Assembly: GCA_951406725.2 (NCBI GenBank)
Contig: OX597823.1
Location: forward strand, 109,492,001-109,556,000
Reading direction: 5' to 3'
Source: Octopus vulgaris
Lineage: Eukaryota
DNA length: 64,000 bases
In this document: in pieces, positions 28,646-42,990 of the stretch
Position numbering within the stretch: the stretch's first letter is position 1
Layout: each line of letters begins with the position of its first letter
The notes under the pieces: generated by a model
What the model was told of the DNA's origin: nothing
What the model saw: only the letters and a program-made list of their open reading frames with translations
Databases searched by the model: none
Translations under genes and position numbers: made by a program

Positions 28646-29048
28646 GGGCGGCGAGAAGGCAGAAACGTTAACACGCCGGGCGAAATGTTTAGCGGCTTTT
28701 CGACTGTCTATACGTTCTGAGTTCAAATTCACCCTTTGCCTTTCATCCTTTCGGGGCGATTAAATAAGTACCAGTTACGCACTGGAGTCGATATAATCGA
28801 CTTAATCCGTTTGTCTGTCCTTGTTTGTCCTCTCTGTGTTTAGCCCCTTGTGGGTAGTAAAGAAATAGGTATTTCGTCTGCCGTTACGTTCTGATTTCAA
28901 ATTCCAGCGAGGTCGATTTTAGCTCTCATCCATTCGAGGTCGATAAATTAAGCACTAGTTATGCACTGGGGTCGATGTAATCGACTTAATCCCTTTGTCT
29001 GCTCTTGTTTGTCTGCTCTATGTTTAGCCCCTTGTGTGTAATAAAGAA
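28646..29048 (+). mobile_element. Tandem dimer of SINE B
   Basis: A full unit 28646-28870 runs via AAGAAATAGG directly into a second unit starting TATTTCGTCTGCCGTTACG. Confidence 0.88.
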
Positions 29049-29212
29049 CTAAGAAACGTTCGCACGCCGGAATGATAGCACTAAGCAGGAATGTGTTTAA
29101 ATATAAACTTGTTACCATTTCAAATATGCTTGAGGTATATTCGAAGCCATTCACCGTGATTTGACATGGATAACCTTTCTCGCAGTTGACAGTTACTATA
29201 CAACCCTTTCAA

Positions 29213-29412
29213 GGCGGCAAGCTGACAGAAACGTTAGCATGCCGGGCGAAATGCTTAACAGCATTTCGTCTGACTTCGTGTTCTGAGGTCAACTTTGCCT
29301 TTCATCCTTTCGGGGTCCACAAATTAAGTACCAGTTGCGTACTGAGACCGATTTAATCGACTGGCCCACGCTCTACCAAAATTTCGGGCCTTGTGCCTCG
29401 AGTAGGTAAGAA
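29213..29412 (+). mobile_element. SINE B (tail type 2)
   Basis: B head and body, then AAATTTCGGGCCTTGTGCCTCGAGTAG instead of tail type 1. Confidence 0.85.
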
Positions 29413-29458
29413 TGTATAATGACAACGGAAAATGATCGCTGCAAATATACACGTAGAT

Positions 29459-29519
<61 letters not shown>

Positions 29520-29811
29520 AGATATAAGGAATGAGTAAGAATAGAGAAAAGTCTCTGTACATAAGTGGTTTTGATCCCACGCTTCTAGGACTTAGCAAAT
29601 ACATTTCATGAAAATTTGATGAAAGCTTAAACTTATTGATTAAACTTATTGAAGCTTAAACTTATTGAAATTGCGCCGGGTGTTACCTGATAGACTAAGG
29701 TTTACGTTAATGTTGCAGGTGTAATAATTCGTCAGCATCACAGTAATACGTGAATGAATTGTAACACTCTCTCAAATTACAAGGCCCAACGTATATATAA
29801 GATAGATAGAT

Positions 29812-29875
<64 letters not shown>

Positions 29876-29931
29876 GAGAAAGAAGAGGAGAGAGAAGGAG
29901 AGACGGAGAGAGCGGCAGAGGGAGGAAAAGA

Positions 29932-30070
29932 GACAACCGATGCTGTTCAGCAAAAAGGATCGATAGAATAAGTACTAGGCTTCAAAGAATAAGTCCTGGA
30001 GTCGATTTGCTCGACTAAAGGTGGTGCTCCAGCATGGCCGCAGTCAACTGAAACTAGTAGAAGGATAAAA
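29932..30070 (+). mobile_element. SINE A 3' half
   Basis: CGATAGAATAAGTACTAGGCTT...GTGCTCCAGCATGGCCGCAGTCAA. Confidence 0.85.
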
Positions 30071-30199
30071 CAGTATATATACACATCACACACACACATA
30101 TACACACGCGCGCGCGCACACACACACACGCACGCACGCACACATACGCACGCGCGCACACACACGCACGCGCGCGAACAAACACGCATATCAGTCACA

Positions 30200-30375
30200 A
30201 GACTGCAGCCATGTTGGGAAATCGCCTTGAGGAATTTTTAGTCGAATGTATTTATCCCATTACTTATTTTTTAATGCGTCGTACCTGTTCTACCGCACTC
30301 TTTGCCGAACCGCTAGCATACGGGGACGTAAACACACCAACACCAGTTGTCGAGCGGTGGTGGGGGTACAGACAC
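30200..30375 (-). mobile_element. Diverged SINE A 3' half
   Basis: GACTGCAGCCATGTTGG...TTTGCCGAACCGCTAG...ACGGGGACGTAAACACACCAAC. Confidence 0.7.
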
Positions 30376-30690
30376 TTGCTCAAAGGCATATACACAGACA
30401 TCTTTATCCTATATCTACTGTCCGTCTGATGTCTGTCTATGTATGCATGTATGTATGTATGTATGTATGTATGTATGTATGTATGTATGTATGTATGCAT
30501 GTATGCATGTATATATGTATGTATGCATGTATGTATGTATGCATGTATGTATGTATGTATGTATGCATGCATGTATGTATGTATGTATGAATGTATGTGT
30601 GTATGTATGTACGCATGTATGTATGTATGTATGTATGTATATATGTATGTATGTATGTATGTATGCATGCATGCATGTATGAATGTATGT

Positions 30691-31222
30691 GTGTAGGTAT
30701 AAGTATCACTTGAAGAGGAAAGTGAGAGTAAAGAGGCAAGTTTTGTCTAGTGAATGTTTTAAAAAAAGATGGGTGAATGTAGCAAGGATGGCACGTATGA
30801 ATGACGAAGCCACCTTGACTATGATTCTATGAACCGTAAATATTAATACAGAGAGTTGCTTATTTGCAAAAAAAAAAAAAGAAATATAACATGTGACTTC
30901 ATTGACCAAGGTTACCGTGGTCTTTTCTGTAGGCTTTTCTTTCCACAGGTAAACCTCACCTGTCCTCCCTTTACACTTCATATTGACATTTCTGTGATTA
31001 CGATCCCTATTGATCAACTTTTTTTTTCCTCACCCGTTTTCTTTTTTCCCATTCCCCCCCCCCTTTTTTTTTAAATCCTCCCCTTTTTTTGTCTTCTTTC
31101 TTTCCTTTTACGATCCCTTTTGATCGAAAACCAACCCCCTTTTTTTACCCTCAAAAGAAAAGCTCTACCTTGTAATTTGTTCTGTCTGTGTGTAGCCCTG
31201 TGTGGCTAATAAAGAAACATAT
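30691..31222 (+). mobile_element. 3' end of a Tx1/L1-like LINE (ORF2 C-terminus plus T-rich 3' UTR)
   Basis: 30691-30832 translates KYHLKRKVRVKRQVLSSECFKKRWVNVARMARMNDEATLTMIL*, resembling Tx1/L1 C-termini (F-x3-W). A pyrimidine-rich UTR ends in AATAAAGAAA before (TATC)n. Confidence 0.55.
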
Positions 31223-31239
31223 CTATCCATCTATCTATC

Positions 31240-31419
31240 TTTTCTACTCTAGGAACAAGGCCCGAGATTTTGGGGGATGGGGTCAAGTCGATTTATCGAC
31301 CCCGAAAGGATGAAAGGCAATGACGACCTAGACGGAATTTGAACTCAAAACAGGAAGACAGACAAAGTACTGCTAAGCATCACGTGCGGCGTACTATCGT
31401 TTCTGCCAGTTCGCCGCCT
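31240..31419 (-). mobile_element. SINE B (tail type 2)
   Basis: TTTTCTACTCTAGGAACAAGGCCCGAGATTTT...CGACCCCGAAAGGATGAAAGGCAA...TTTCTGCCAGTTCGCCGCC. Confidence 0.85.
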
Positions 31420-31483
31420 AAAAGCTCTACTTTGTAATCTGTCCCGTTTGTGTGCAGCCCTGTGTGGCTAATAAAGAAACATC

Positions 31484-31484
<1 letters not shown>

Positions 31485-31555
<71 letters not shown>

Positions 31556-31630
31556 CCTACCTACCTACCTACCTACCTACCTACCTACCTACCTACCTAT
31601 CTATCTATCTATCTATCTATCTATCGATCC

Positions 31631-31663
<33 letters not shown>

Positions 31664-31688
31664 CCTACCTACCTACCTATCTATCTAA

Positions 31689-31738
<50 letters not shown>

Positions 31739-31770
31739 CTCTATCTATCTATCTATATATCTGTCTGTCT
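31485..31770. repeat. (TATC)n/(TACC)n compound microsatellite
   Basis: Direct reading. Similar tracts at 39994-40450 and 43534-43850. Confidence 0.95.
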
Positions 31771-32040
31771 ATGATATATACATGTATGGATGTGTATACA
31801 TGCATACGTTTATCTGTATATACGTACATGTTCACGTTCATTAAAGACTTAGTGACACGATGAACAAGAGAAAAGCACTACTAGTTTCTAAAGGTTTAAA
31901 AAAAAAATTTAGATTTGTACACCGTTTCAAAGAAAGACGAAAGCCTTAAGATTCTCCGCAAGATGTTACGAGAAATGAAATATGCACTGATTTAAGGCAT
32001 TTGCATATCAGTAAGTTCGCTGAGATCGTGTCAGATAGTT

Positions 32041-32754
<714 letters not shown>

Positions 32755-33020
32755 TAGTTTATTAACTAAAAAATAAAGGCGGCTGCATGGGTGCCAGTAA
32801 ATGCTAGATGGTTAGGGATGCCAGTTAAGCAAATTTGCATTAGATCTTACTGTGCGAATACATACCAAACGAAACAGAACACCTTGATTTTGCAGGCCTA
32901 TGAAGGGTGATTAATGTGTTCCGCACTACAGGTAGATAATGCTGAAATTACCTTTGTAAACGCCTGCGCATATGTGTGTGTTGTGCGTGCGTGTGTGCGT
33001 GCATGTGCGTGCATATGTGT

Positions 33021-33051
<31 letters not shown>

Positions 33052-33166
33052 CAGGCATGTGCGTGCATGTGTGTGTATGTGTGTGTGTATGTGTGTGTAT
33101 GTGTGTGTATGTGTGTGTATGTGTGTGTGTTTGTGTGTGTGTTTATGTGTGTGTATGTGTGTGTGT

Positions 33167-33203
<37 letters not shown>

Positions 33204-33210
33204 CGTGCAA

Positions 33211-33379
33211 AGGCGCAAGAGTGGATATGTGGTAAGAAGCTTGTTCCCCAGCCCCATGGTTCCGGATTCAGTCCCACTGCGTGGCACCTTCGGAAGTGTA
33301 TTCTACTATAGCTCTAGGCCGACCAAGGCATTGTGTGTGGATTTGGTAGACGGTAGCTGAACCAAGCCTGTAGTATTAA

Positions 33380-33457
<78 letters not shown>

Positions 33458-33606
33458 TATACACATGTTTCAAAGGCCGCAAATTTCCAAATTCGGATTG
33501 AATAAGGAGACCATTTTGCAGCATTCTCTTCAGGAAAATCCAGGAATTTAAAAATCCAAAACAAATGTATATATATATATATATATGTATACATATATTT
33601 ATACAT

Positions 33607-33654
<48 letters not shown>

Positions 33655-33930
33655 GTACATATATATATACACACATATATATATATATATATATATCTAC
33701 ATTTATATATATACATATAAATATGTGTGTGTGTGTGTGTCTTTGTGTCTGTTTACCCACCTTCCATCACCACGTGCTGGTGTGTTTACGTTCCCGTTAA
33801 TTAGCGTTTCGGCAAAATATTCCGATAGAATGAGTACCAAGCTTAAAAAAATACGTACTGGGGTCGATTTATTCGCCTAAAAATTCAAGGTGCTGCCCCA
33901 GTATGACCGCAGTCTAATGACTGAAACAGT
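33211..33930 (+). mobile_element. SINE A with central microsatellite expanded to about 370 bp and containing a ~100-bp unrelated insert
   Basis: 5' half 33211-33375, 3' half about 33740-33930, non-repetitive insert 33465-33566. Confidence 0.8.
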
Positions 33931-33969
33931 GTATACATGATAGATAGAAAAACAGCACGTGAATATATC

Positions 33970-34180
33970 TCTCTTTCTGTCTTCTACTTGTTTCAGTCAT
34001 TTGACTGCGGCCATGCTGGAGCACCGCCTTTAGTCGAGGAAATCGACCCCCAAGACTTAATTTTTGTAAGCCTATTACTTATTCTATCGGTCTCATTTGC
34101 CGAACCGCTAAGTTACGGGGACGTAAACACACCAGCATCGGTTGTCACGCGATGTTGGGGGGACAAACACAGATACACAA

Positions 34181-34221
<41 letters not shown>

Positions 34222-34343
34222 CGGCAGGCTTCTTTCAGTTTCCGTCGACCAAATCCACTCACAAGGCTTTGGTCGGCCCGAGGCTATAGTAGAAGACACT
34301 TGCCCGAGGTGCCACGCAGTGGGACTGAACCCGGAACCATGTG
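33970..34343 (-). mobile_element. SINE A, head truncated
   Basis: Tail through GGGACTGAACCCGGAACCATGTG. Confidence 0.9.
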
Positions 34344-34452
34344 AACTTTATAATTTTAAGCCACAAAAAATTACAAACCAACTCGAATGCCGAGAGTTTC
34401 GCGCATGCTTCCTTTGAATCTGAAGCGAAACTTGTTACATACATACATATAT

Positions 34453-34523
<71 letters not shown>

Positions 34524-35028
34524 ACACACACACACAACACACACACATATTTATTTATATATATTTATTCATACGTATGTGCATGTATGAATGAATATAT
34601 ACACGGGCGCGCACATACACCTTAACATACACGTATTAATGTATATTGCACTAGGAGTACAATGCCTATAATTCCAAAATATAGAAGTTTTATAAGCCTG
34701 TGCATATATGTGGGTGTGTTGCTTTTCTCATGTTTATGAGAAAAATTGTATCAAAACCACCCTCACACACTAAAATATAAACAATAACATGCACACTCAA
34801 CCAAAACATCCATACGCACGCATATACACACACGCACAGGAATGTGCTTGTAACAGAGATGCTATATCGACATGGTTAACAATGCATGTTATCTCCCTTG
34901 TGACATGCTTGCAGTAGCCAAAACTTATAAGTATTTACATGTATGGTTTAAATATTCATTTCTGTGTGGCAGTTGATGCTCTTCTTTTGACTGTATTATA
35001 TTGATAAATATTTGGGGGAAAATATTTA

Positions 35029-35091
<63 letters not shown>

Positions 35092-35137
35092 GTATATATG
35101 TCTATATATATATATATATATGTGTATATACATATAT

Positions 35138-35177
<40 letters not shown>

Positions 35178-35427
35178 TGTGTGTGTGTATTTATGCATGT
35201 ATATATATATATATATATATATAGATAGATATATTCATATATATGTATATATATATATATTCGTATAAATATATATATGTGTGTATATATACACGTATGT
35301 ATATATATATATATATATATACATATGGTATGTGTGTGTACATATATGTATGGATATATATATCTATGTATATGTGTATATATACACATATATATATATA
35401 TATATATATTTAGATAGATAGATATAC

Positions 35428-35478
<51 letters not shown>

Positions 35479-35487
35479 ATAATGTCT

Positions 35488-35667
35488 ACGGAGTGGTTGC
35501 TTGGTAAGTAGCTTGCTTCCCAACGACATGGTTCCGGGTTCAGTTCCAGTGTGTGACACGTCGAGAAAGTGTTTTCTATTATAGTCTCGAGCCGACCAAA
35601 TCCATGTGAGTGGATTTGGTAGATGGAAACTGAAAGAAGCTCGTCTTATATATATATATATTTATAT

Positions 35668-35744
<77 letters not shown>

Positions 35745-35952
35745 TGTATGTATGTATGTATGTATGTATGTATGTATGTATGTATGTATGTATGTAGGTG
35801 TGTGTGTGTCTTTATTTGTCCCCAACCATCGCTTGACAACCGATACTGGTGTGTTGATGTTCCTGTAAATTAGTGGTTCGGCAAAAGAGACCGTAGATTA
35901 AGTACTTGGTTTACAAAGAAAAAGTCTTGAGTTTGACTGAAACAAATAAAAG
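35488..35952 (+). mobile_element. SINE A with (TA)(TG)(TATG)n core
   Basis: GGAGTGGTTGCTTGGTAAGTAGCTTGC...GACTGAAACAAATAAAAG. Confidence 0.85.
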
Positions 35953-35973
35953 TATATACATACATGCATGCAC

Positions 35974-36193
35974 ATGAGGGTTGCCGAATGACCCCGGCTT
36001 GGGTTAAAAAAACATACAGGCGAATCAATTAATTATGATTTTATTCAACATGTTCCCTTCCCAGATTCACACACTTACTGCAGCAGGTCTTCAGGTTTCC
36101 TAAGCCCTATAAAAGAACTCGGATCGTCGAACTCCCAGCCAGTTCTTTCGGGATGCTTTTAAGACCAAGAACTCTTCAGCACCCTCTCGCGTA
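35974..36193. mobile_element. Tc1/mariner-like MITE remnant
   Basis: Degenerate inverted ends ATGAGGGTTGCCGAA...TTCAGCACCCTCTCGCGTA. Internal TTTATTCAACAT.TTCCC resembles the reversed mariner ORF end. Confidence 0.5.
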
Positions 36194-36218
36194 TGTGTGC
36201 ATATATATACGCATACTT

Positions 36219-36258
<40 letters not shown>

Positions 36259-36274
36259 ATATACATACATATAC

Positions 36275-36430
36275 AGGTCGGGCTTCTTTCAGTTTCCGAC
36301 TACCAAATCCACTCACAAGGCTTTGGTCGTCCCGAGGCTATAGTAGAGGACACTTGCCCAAAGTGCCCCGCAGTGGGACCGAACCCGGAACCATGTGGTT
36401 CGTAAGCAAGCTACTTACCACACAGCCACT
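36275..36430 (-). mobile_element. SINE A 5' half
   Basis: CGGGCTTCTTTCAGTTTCC...GCAAGCTACTTACCACACAGCCACTC. Confidence 0.88.
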
Positions 36431-36466
36431 CAAATATATATATATATATATATATATTTATATTTG

Positions 36467-36642
36467 AGTGCGAAACTGGTATTTTATTTATCGACCCCGA
36501 GAGGATGAAGGGCAAAGTCGACCTCGGTGGAATTTGAGCTCAGAACGTAACGATAAACGAAATACGGCTACGCATTTCACCCGGCGCGCTAGCGTTTCTG
36601 CCAGCCCGCCACCATTAGAAAACATAATATGGTTGGAGTTAT
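36467..36642 (-). repeat. SINE B 5' part plus flank, duplicated at 39247-39422
   Basis: Shares distinctive variants and the non-SINE flank CATTAGAAAACATAATATGGT..AGTTAT with the second copy. Confidence 0.85.
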
Positions 36643-36789
36643 GAGTCCCGTTTATATATCCTAATTTTTTCAAAATCTACTGCGCAGACGCAGCGCTTCG
36701 CCAGCAATAGAAAATGCCAACTTTCAAAACCTAGCTGTTTTTTCTAGCGTGTTGAATCCCACGACAGGATTCCTCATGTGTTTAAATGT

Positions 36790-37330
<541 letters not shown>

Positions 37331-38179
37331 AAGTTTTAATTGTCCTACTTATTCTTTCTCTCTCTCCCTCTCTCTCACTCTATCTTTCTCTCTCTCTCTC
37401 ATGCCAGTGGAGAACTAAGTTGCGTAGAAACAATTGTAGTGATTGAAAATAAACGTCCAACCGTAATCTTTCTTCTTGACTCTAAATTTTTTCAATTATC
37501 TATTCACACATGACAAAAGCTCAAACGCAAACCATGCTGGACGAGCTTTATACTGTACTCCACTACGTTCTGAACAGGATATAACATAACCACACACACA
37601 CACACACACAGCGAGAATACTTGATTATGAGGCTTATTTTCTTTAATCTATTCCCTGAATTAATATGTGACTGAATGTTCTACTGATTCACGTAACCTTT
37701 ACAGCCCCACGCATTCGGGTTGACATAGGTGCGATATATTTAAGTGGCCCTTACGCCTTTTTGCAAATTCTTTCTCACCAATTATAAGAGGTTGATTGAG
37801 TGCAACCAGTTATAACAGTCACTTGTTGAAGACACTTCGCATCATGATGGTCCCCTCAACGCTGTGAGCAGCGAACCCCTTGACCATGCGATGAAACATA
37901 CGATTATATGTTTCACTGTGTTTCTTTTTGAAGGCGCAGTAGCGTGTGATTTCAGGGAGATATAGCAGAAATATCGCATATGATATAGGATTTCAAAACG
38001 TGATTCTTGACAGCTATGGACTTGCAACATTTACTCTCTGTTCATATTTTCATTTTCACTTATGTTGCGAGTTAGGAAATCATATAGATCTTGGACAAAA
38101 TGCAAACTCCTCAGCATCCAGGTTGAATAAATATAATAAAACATGCGATAAATAATTTTGTTGCTTTCTCACTCGGTTG

Positions 38180-38217
<38 letters not shown>

Positions 38218-38296
38218 ATATATATATATATATATATATTGTTTTGGAACTTGGTTTGCAAGATTCTTTATTTGAGTTCGTGTGTTGAAGCATATT

Positions 38297-38423
38297 CTGT
38301 TGTGTCTGGGAAGAGTCATTTTTTTGTGCCTTATAATGTAACACACTCGCCGGTAAAATTTTACCGGTGAGTGTGTTACATTATAAGGCACAAAAAGAAA
38401 ATGACTCTCTCCAAACACAACAG
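38297..38423. repeat. Spacerless palindrome, arms about 62-65 bp
   Basis: ...TGTGCCTTATAATGTAACACACTCGCCGGTAAAA|TTTTACCGGTGAGTGTGTTACATTATAAGGCACA... Confidence 0.92.
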
Positions 38424-38992
38424 TATATATATATATATATACCAGTAGGCACAGCGTGGCCACAAATGGCCTAATGTTCTCTTTGCAACAATGAGGCTCC
38501 AACTTTTTTCCCTCTACATGACGTCTTCAGAAAATGTCCTGTTTTATAGCTTTAGATTTCCCCATATTTTGTGACTGAAAAGGAAATTCTATCGCGTGGA
38601 CTGTACCAGCAATTTAAGAAGTTAAACCCTTGTTAAATTGTATCCCGCTGAATTTATCTGAAGGAAACACGAGCCTAAGGAATGTTTAGGCACGCGTATG
38701 CTATTTGAATTGATCTAACAACTGAACACCTGTCATCGAACGACCGAGACCCACCAAGTATTCACATATGATGTTGAATATATGATCTGAAAGTGAAACA
38801 AAAATATCTGAAAACATCCTGTCGCTACGCTGCCATAAGATTCATTATTTGATTTCACAGGCATTCATGGCAACACTTCAGCGTGTTTAATATGAATTGA
38901 GCTTGGGTATTTTAATAGATTTACCATGGGAAAATTCATTTGTACTGGGAGCCGGCTGCTCTTGAGAGAATAAAACTTATTAAAAAAAAAAA

Positions 38993-39393
38993 TATTTCTT
39001 TTACTATCCATAGAGGGGACAAACAAGGACAGACAAACGGATTAAGTCGATTACATCGACCCCAGTGCGTAACTGGTACTTAATTTATCGACCTCGAAAG
39101 GATGAAAGGCAAAGTCGACCTCGGCGGAATTTGAACTCAGAACGTAACAACAGACGAAATACCTATTTCTTTACTACCCACAAGGGGCTAAACACAGAGG
39201 GGACAAACAAGGACAGAGAAAGGAATTAAGTCGATTACATCGACTCAGTGCGAAACTGGTATTTTATTTATCCACCCCGAAAGGATGAAAGGCAAAGTCG
39301 ACCTCGGTGGAATTTGAACTCAGAACGTAACGACAAACGAAATACGGCTACACATTTCACCCGGCGCGCTAGCGTTTCTGCCAGCCCGCCGCC
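38993..39393 (-). mobile_element. Tandem dimer of SINE B
   Basis: Two units joined at GACGAAATACCTATTTCTT, the same junction as the 28646-29048 dimer. Confidence 0.88.
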
Positions 39394-39993
39394 ATTAGAA
39401 AACATAATATGGTAGAAGTTATTTTCACCAGTGCGTTCGGTCAAGGTTTAATTACCTTTCATCACATATCTGTCCGATCTAAGTTGACTTGAGATTACAC
39501 AACTATAATTACTGGTATTTTATTTATCGAGTACAGGGCTACAGATTTTAAAGAGGATCTAGACTACTTTTGGACCCAAAACGAAAAGTACAGATAATAA
39601 CATACTATGATATTCATTTGTAGGTTTTGATTGAAAGTTTTGGGGCTGCAGCTGATCCTTGTTTTACTTATGAATGCATTTGTTGTTATTGTTGTGGTTG
39701 TTGTATAACTATCAGGTGAGTTCTGATCAAGCTAATCAGAGTATATTTGTCAATGCGTATTTCAGTTTTAAAAGGGAAGGGTGTGATAAGGTGATTTGTT
39801 TCATAAAACAGGCAATCACACATTAGCTCCCACTTCCGAGTTCATGGCTTTCAACAATCCATTCTGTTTGTTTGCTACACTCCGAAACTCTTGGTAAATA
39901 TTCTTTAGTTAAAACAAGATGGAGAAAAGCATCTGCTCTGTATGTCATTCTATCGTTCATTTTATGAAACAGAAAAGACAAATTTCATATAGA

Positions 39994-40057
<64 letters not shown>

Positions 40058-40130
40058 GTCTATCTATCTATCTATCTACCTACCTGCCTACTTACCTATT
40101 TATCTATCGATCGATCTATCTATCTGTCTT

Positions 40131-40166
<36 letters not shown>

Positions 40167-40174
40167 TCTCTCTC

Positions 40175-40205
<31 letters not shown>

Positions 40206-40328
40206 CTCTCTCTCTCTATCTATCTATCTGTCTGTCTGTCTGTCTGTATGTCTGTCTATCTATCTATCTATCTATCTATCTATATATCAATCTACCTACT
40301 TACCTACCTACCTACTTACCTATCTATA

Positions 40329-40370
<42 letters not shown>

Positions 40371-40406
40371 CCTACCTACTTACCTAACTATATATCTATA
40401 TATCTA

Positions 40407-40442
<36 letters not shown>

Positions 40443-40990
40443 TCTATCTATTCCCTCACACATGAGATACTCACATATACACACACACATATAAGTACTT
40501 TTAATTGTGTTACACACGAAATTGCAATACATGTGTGTGTGTGTGAGTGTGTGTGCGCGTACGTATATACATATTCATGAATATATGAACATGTATATAT
40601 GTTTATGCATATATATCTAATATATATATGTATACATACACAAACTCGCGTGTTCATGCGTATGCCTATGTGTACGTGCGTCATTATTTCTCTCATAGCA
40701 TAAATATAACTTACGAGTATGGCTGAGACTGTGGATATATGTGTACCGGTATTTGCACGCTCAGATATGTGTTTGAACGTGTGTGTCTTCATTCTAGACC
40801 ACGTATCCCCATCACGTAAACCCAGCAAAATTCTGTAAGCGGGTCACAGTAAAGCCTTTATCTCTTTAAAATAAATTAAGTTTACCTTTAGTATAAACAC
40901 TCGAGCAAATAATAAGTCGGTTTAGGAAAGGTTGGTGATAGAATTTTCGCTCTAGGGCGTACATACAAATCTACATTCATATATACATAC

Positions 40991-41048
<58 letters not shown>

Positions 41049-41074
41049 TGAATACACAAACACACACACATTTG

Positions 41075-41110
<36 letters not shown>

Positions 41111-41112
41111 TT

Positions 41113-41181
<69 letters not shown>

Positions 41182-42475
41182 AGATATATATATATATATA
41201 TATGTGTGTATATATGTATATTAAATACACACACACACACATTTATATATATATACGCACTAATATGCACAAGTATGTATGTATATATGCACATATGTTA
41301 TGGGCTTTGTTCTCTGTTTAAAACACATGTCTGCTTGAAAGAAATTTGGCAGATGTTTTTGTATGGAAGCTCACGCGTTTGTGCTTTAGGAGGTGTATAT
41401 GAGAGAATATATGCCCGAGAGTCTGCATTTATATATATATATATATATACACACTTACACATCCTTGTATAACGAGTCACAGATTCGAACTGTACCTGCA
41501 CCAAGAGCGGGGTACCCCAATGCAAAGACCTCGACAAGGTATTCTGTTAATAATTTCAAGAAAAACTAGCAATTGCCCACGTAAACCTCGATCATTATAA
41601 GTTTCAAAGAGTGAAAGTCTCAACATCAACAATGCAGTTTGGTTCCGCTGCCGTTTCAGTCTTGCTTTTAAGTTCCATGAATTCAAATGGATACAGAAAG
41701 ATCTGGTCCAACTTTCTTAAAACATTTTCAACTATTGACCCAAAATTTCTGAACTTCTTTTAAATCAGTCCACTACCGTATGAATTTCCAATTAGAGCAC
41801 TGAATACCGAGGCCGGAATAAATTCCTCAAAGTATGCTATCCGATCTTTGTCATTCTGTCTCGCTTTCTTTCTGCCTGTCTGTGTCTCTTTCTGTCAGTC
41901 TGTCTGTCTGTCTCTCTCCCTACACACACACACAGATGCCCCCACCACACACATATATATATTCAAATACATACCACTGCCCACTTTGAACTATTTGCTC
42001 TTAGCTCAACTTCGTTTAATTATACAATTAACTGGTATATAGACATACAATGCTTCTTCCCGTAAGTCGCTTGGGACCTTTAGTTAAGAGAGGACAATTG
42101 CCGTGTTGATGACGTCTATTGAGGTAGAAACACATGTTCCTATGACTACTATTTACTCCAGACCGTAAGCCTTCCATTTTCTCAAGTAGCATGTCACAGT
42201 GGGTAATTTTTGATTCTTAAAATTATCTCCCCTTCTCATACGGAGATCTGTCAATCACTATTTCGTAATTACAGTACGTTGCAACACTTCCTTTAAACGC
42301 AGACATTGATTTTCCTAATTCTAAAATATTTGTTGCGTGGTATCTGAATATATGAGTCTGTGTGTGTGTGGATACATACATACACTCTCTTACAGACACA
42401 TACACATACACACATACACACACATGTACACACACGCACACACACATCTTTCTCTTACCATCTTACCAGCATACT

Positions 42476-42708
42476 TATTTATTTATTGTCCACAAGAGGC
42501 TAAACACAGAGGGGACAAACAAGGACAGACAAAGGGATTAAGTCGATTATATCGACCCCAGTGCGTAACTGGTACTTATTTAATCGACCCCAAAAGGATG
42601 AAAGGCAAAGTCGACCTCGGCGGAATTTGAACTCAGAACGTAACGGCAGACGAAATACCGCTAAGCATTTCGCCCGGCGTGCTAACGATTCTGCCAGCTC
42701 GCCGCCTT
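42476..42708 (-). mobile_element. SINE B, full length, with 18-bp target-site duplication
   Basis: Flanked by CCATCTTACCAGCATACT (42458-42475) and CCATTTTACCAGCATACT (42709-42726). Confidence 0.93.
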
Positions 42709-42729
42709 CCATTTTACCAGCATACTGTC

Positions 42730-42990
42730 GTCACATCTGCCTTCTCTTTCCGTATATACGATTTTTATACTCGACACAACCTCCACCCTTTACAAATCTC
42801 ATTTCTGTGCTCGGTTAATGACTTTCTTTTATAATTTTATTTCTATCTCTTCAACTTCTGTTTACCTATCCTCACTCTGCTATGAATTATGGCATGCTAA
42901 GCGTCTGCTGTGCGTCTCTGAAATCGGCAGGCTCACTACACAACATATATCTCCCTCAGTCATAATTTTCTTTTTTTCTCTCTTTTTCTT
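42730..42990 (-). mobile_element. Possible highly decayed RTE LINE fragment
   Basis: Minus strand encodes STEMRFVK, similar to the RTE xEMRxLRW motif, in a purine-rich strand. No intact frame. Confidence 0.3.

Noticed and set aside
41590-41760. Short open frame on the minus strand (KKFRNFGSIVENVLRKLDQIFLYPFEFMELK...)
   Set aside because: No recognisable motif or convincing splice sites, and its length is compatible with chance.
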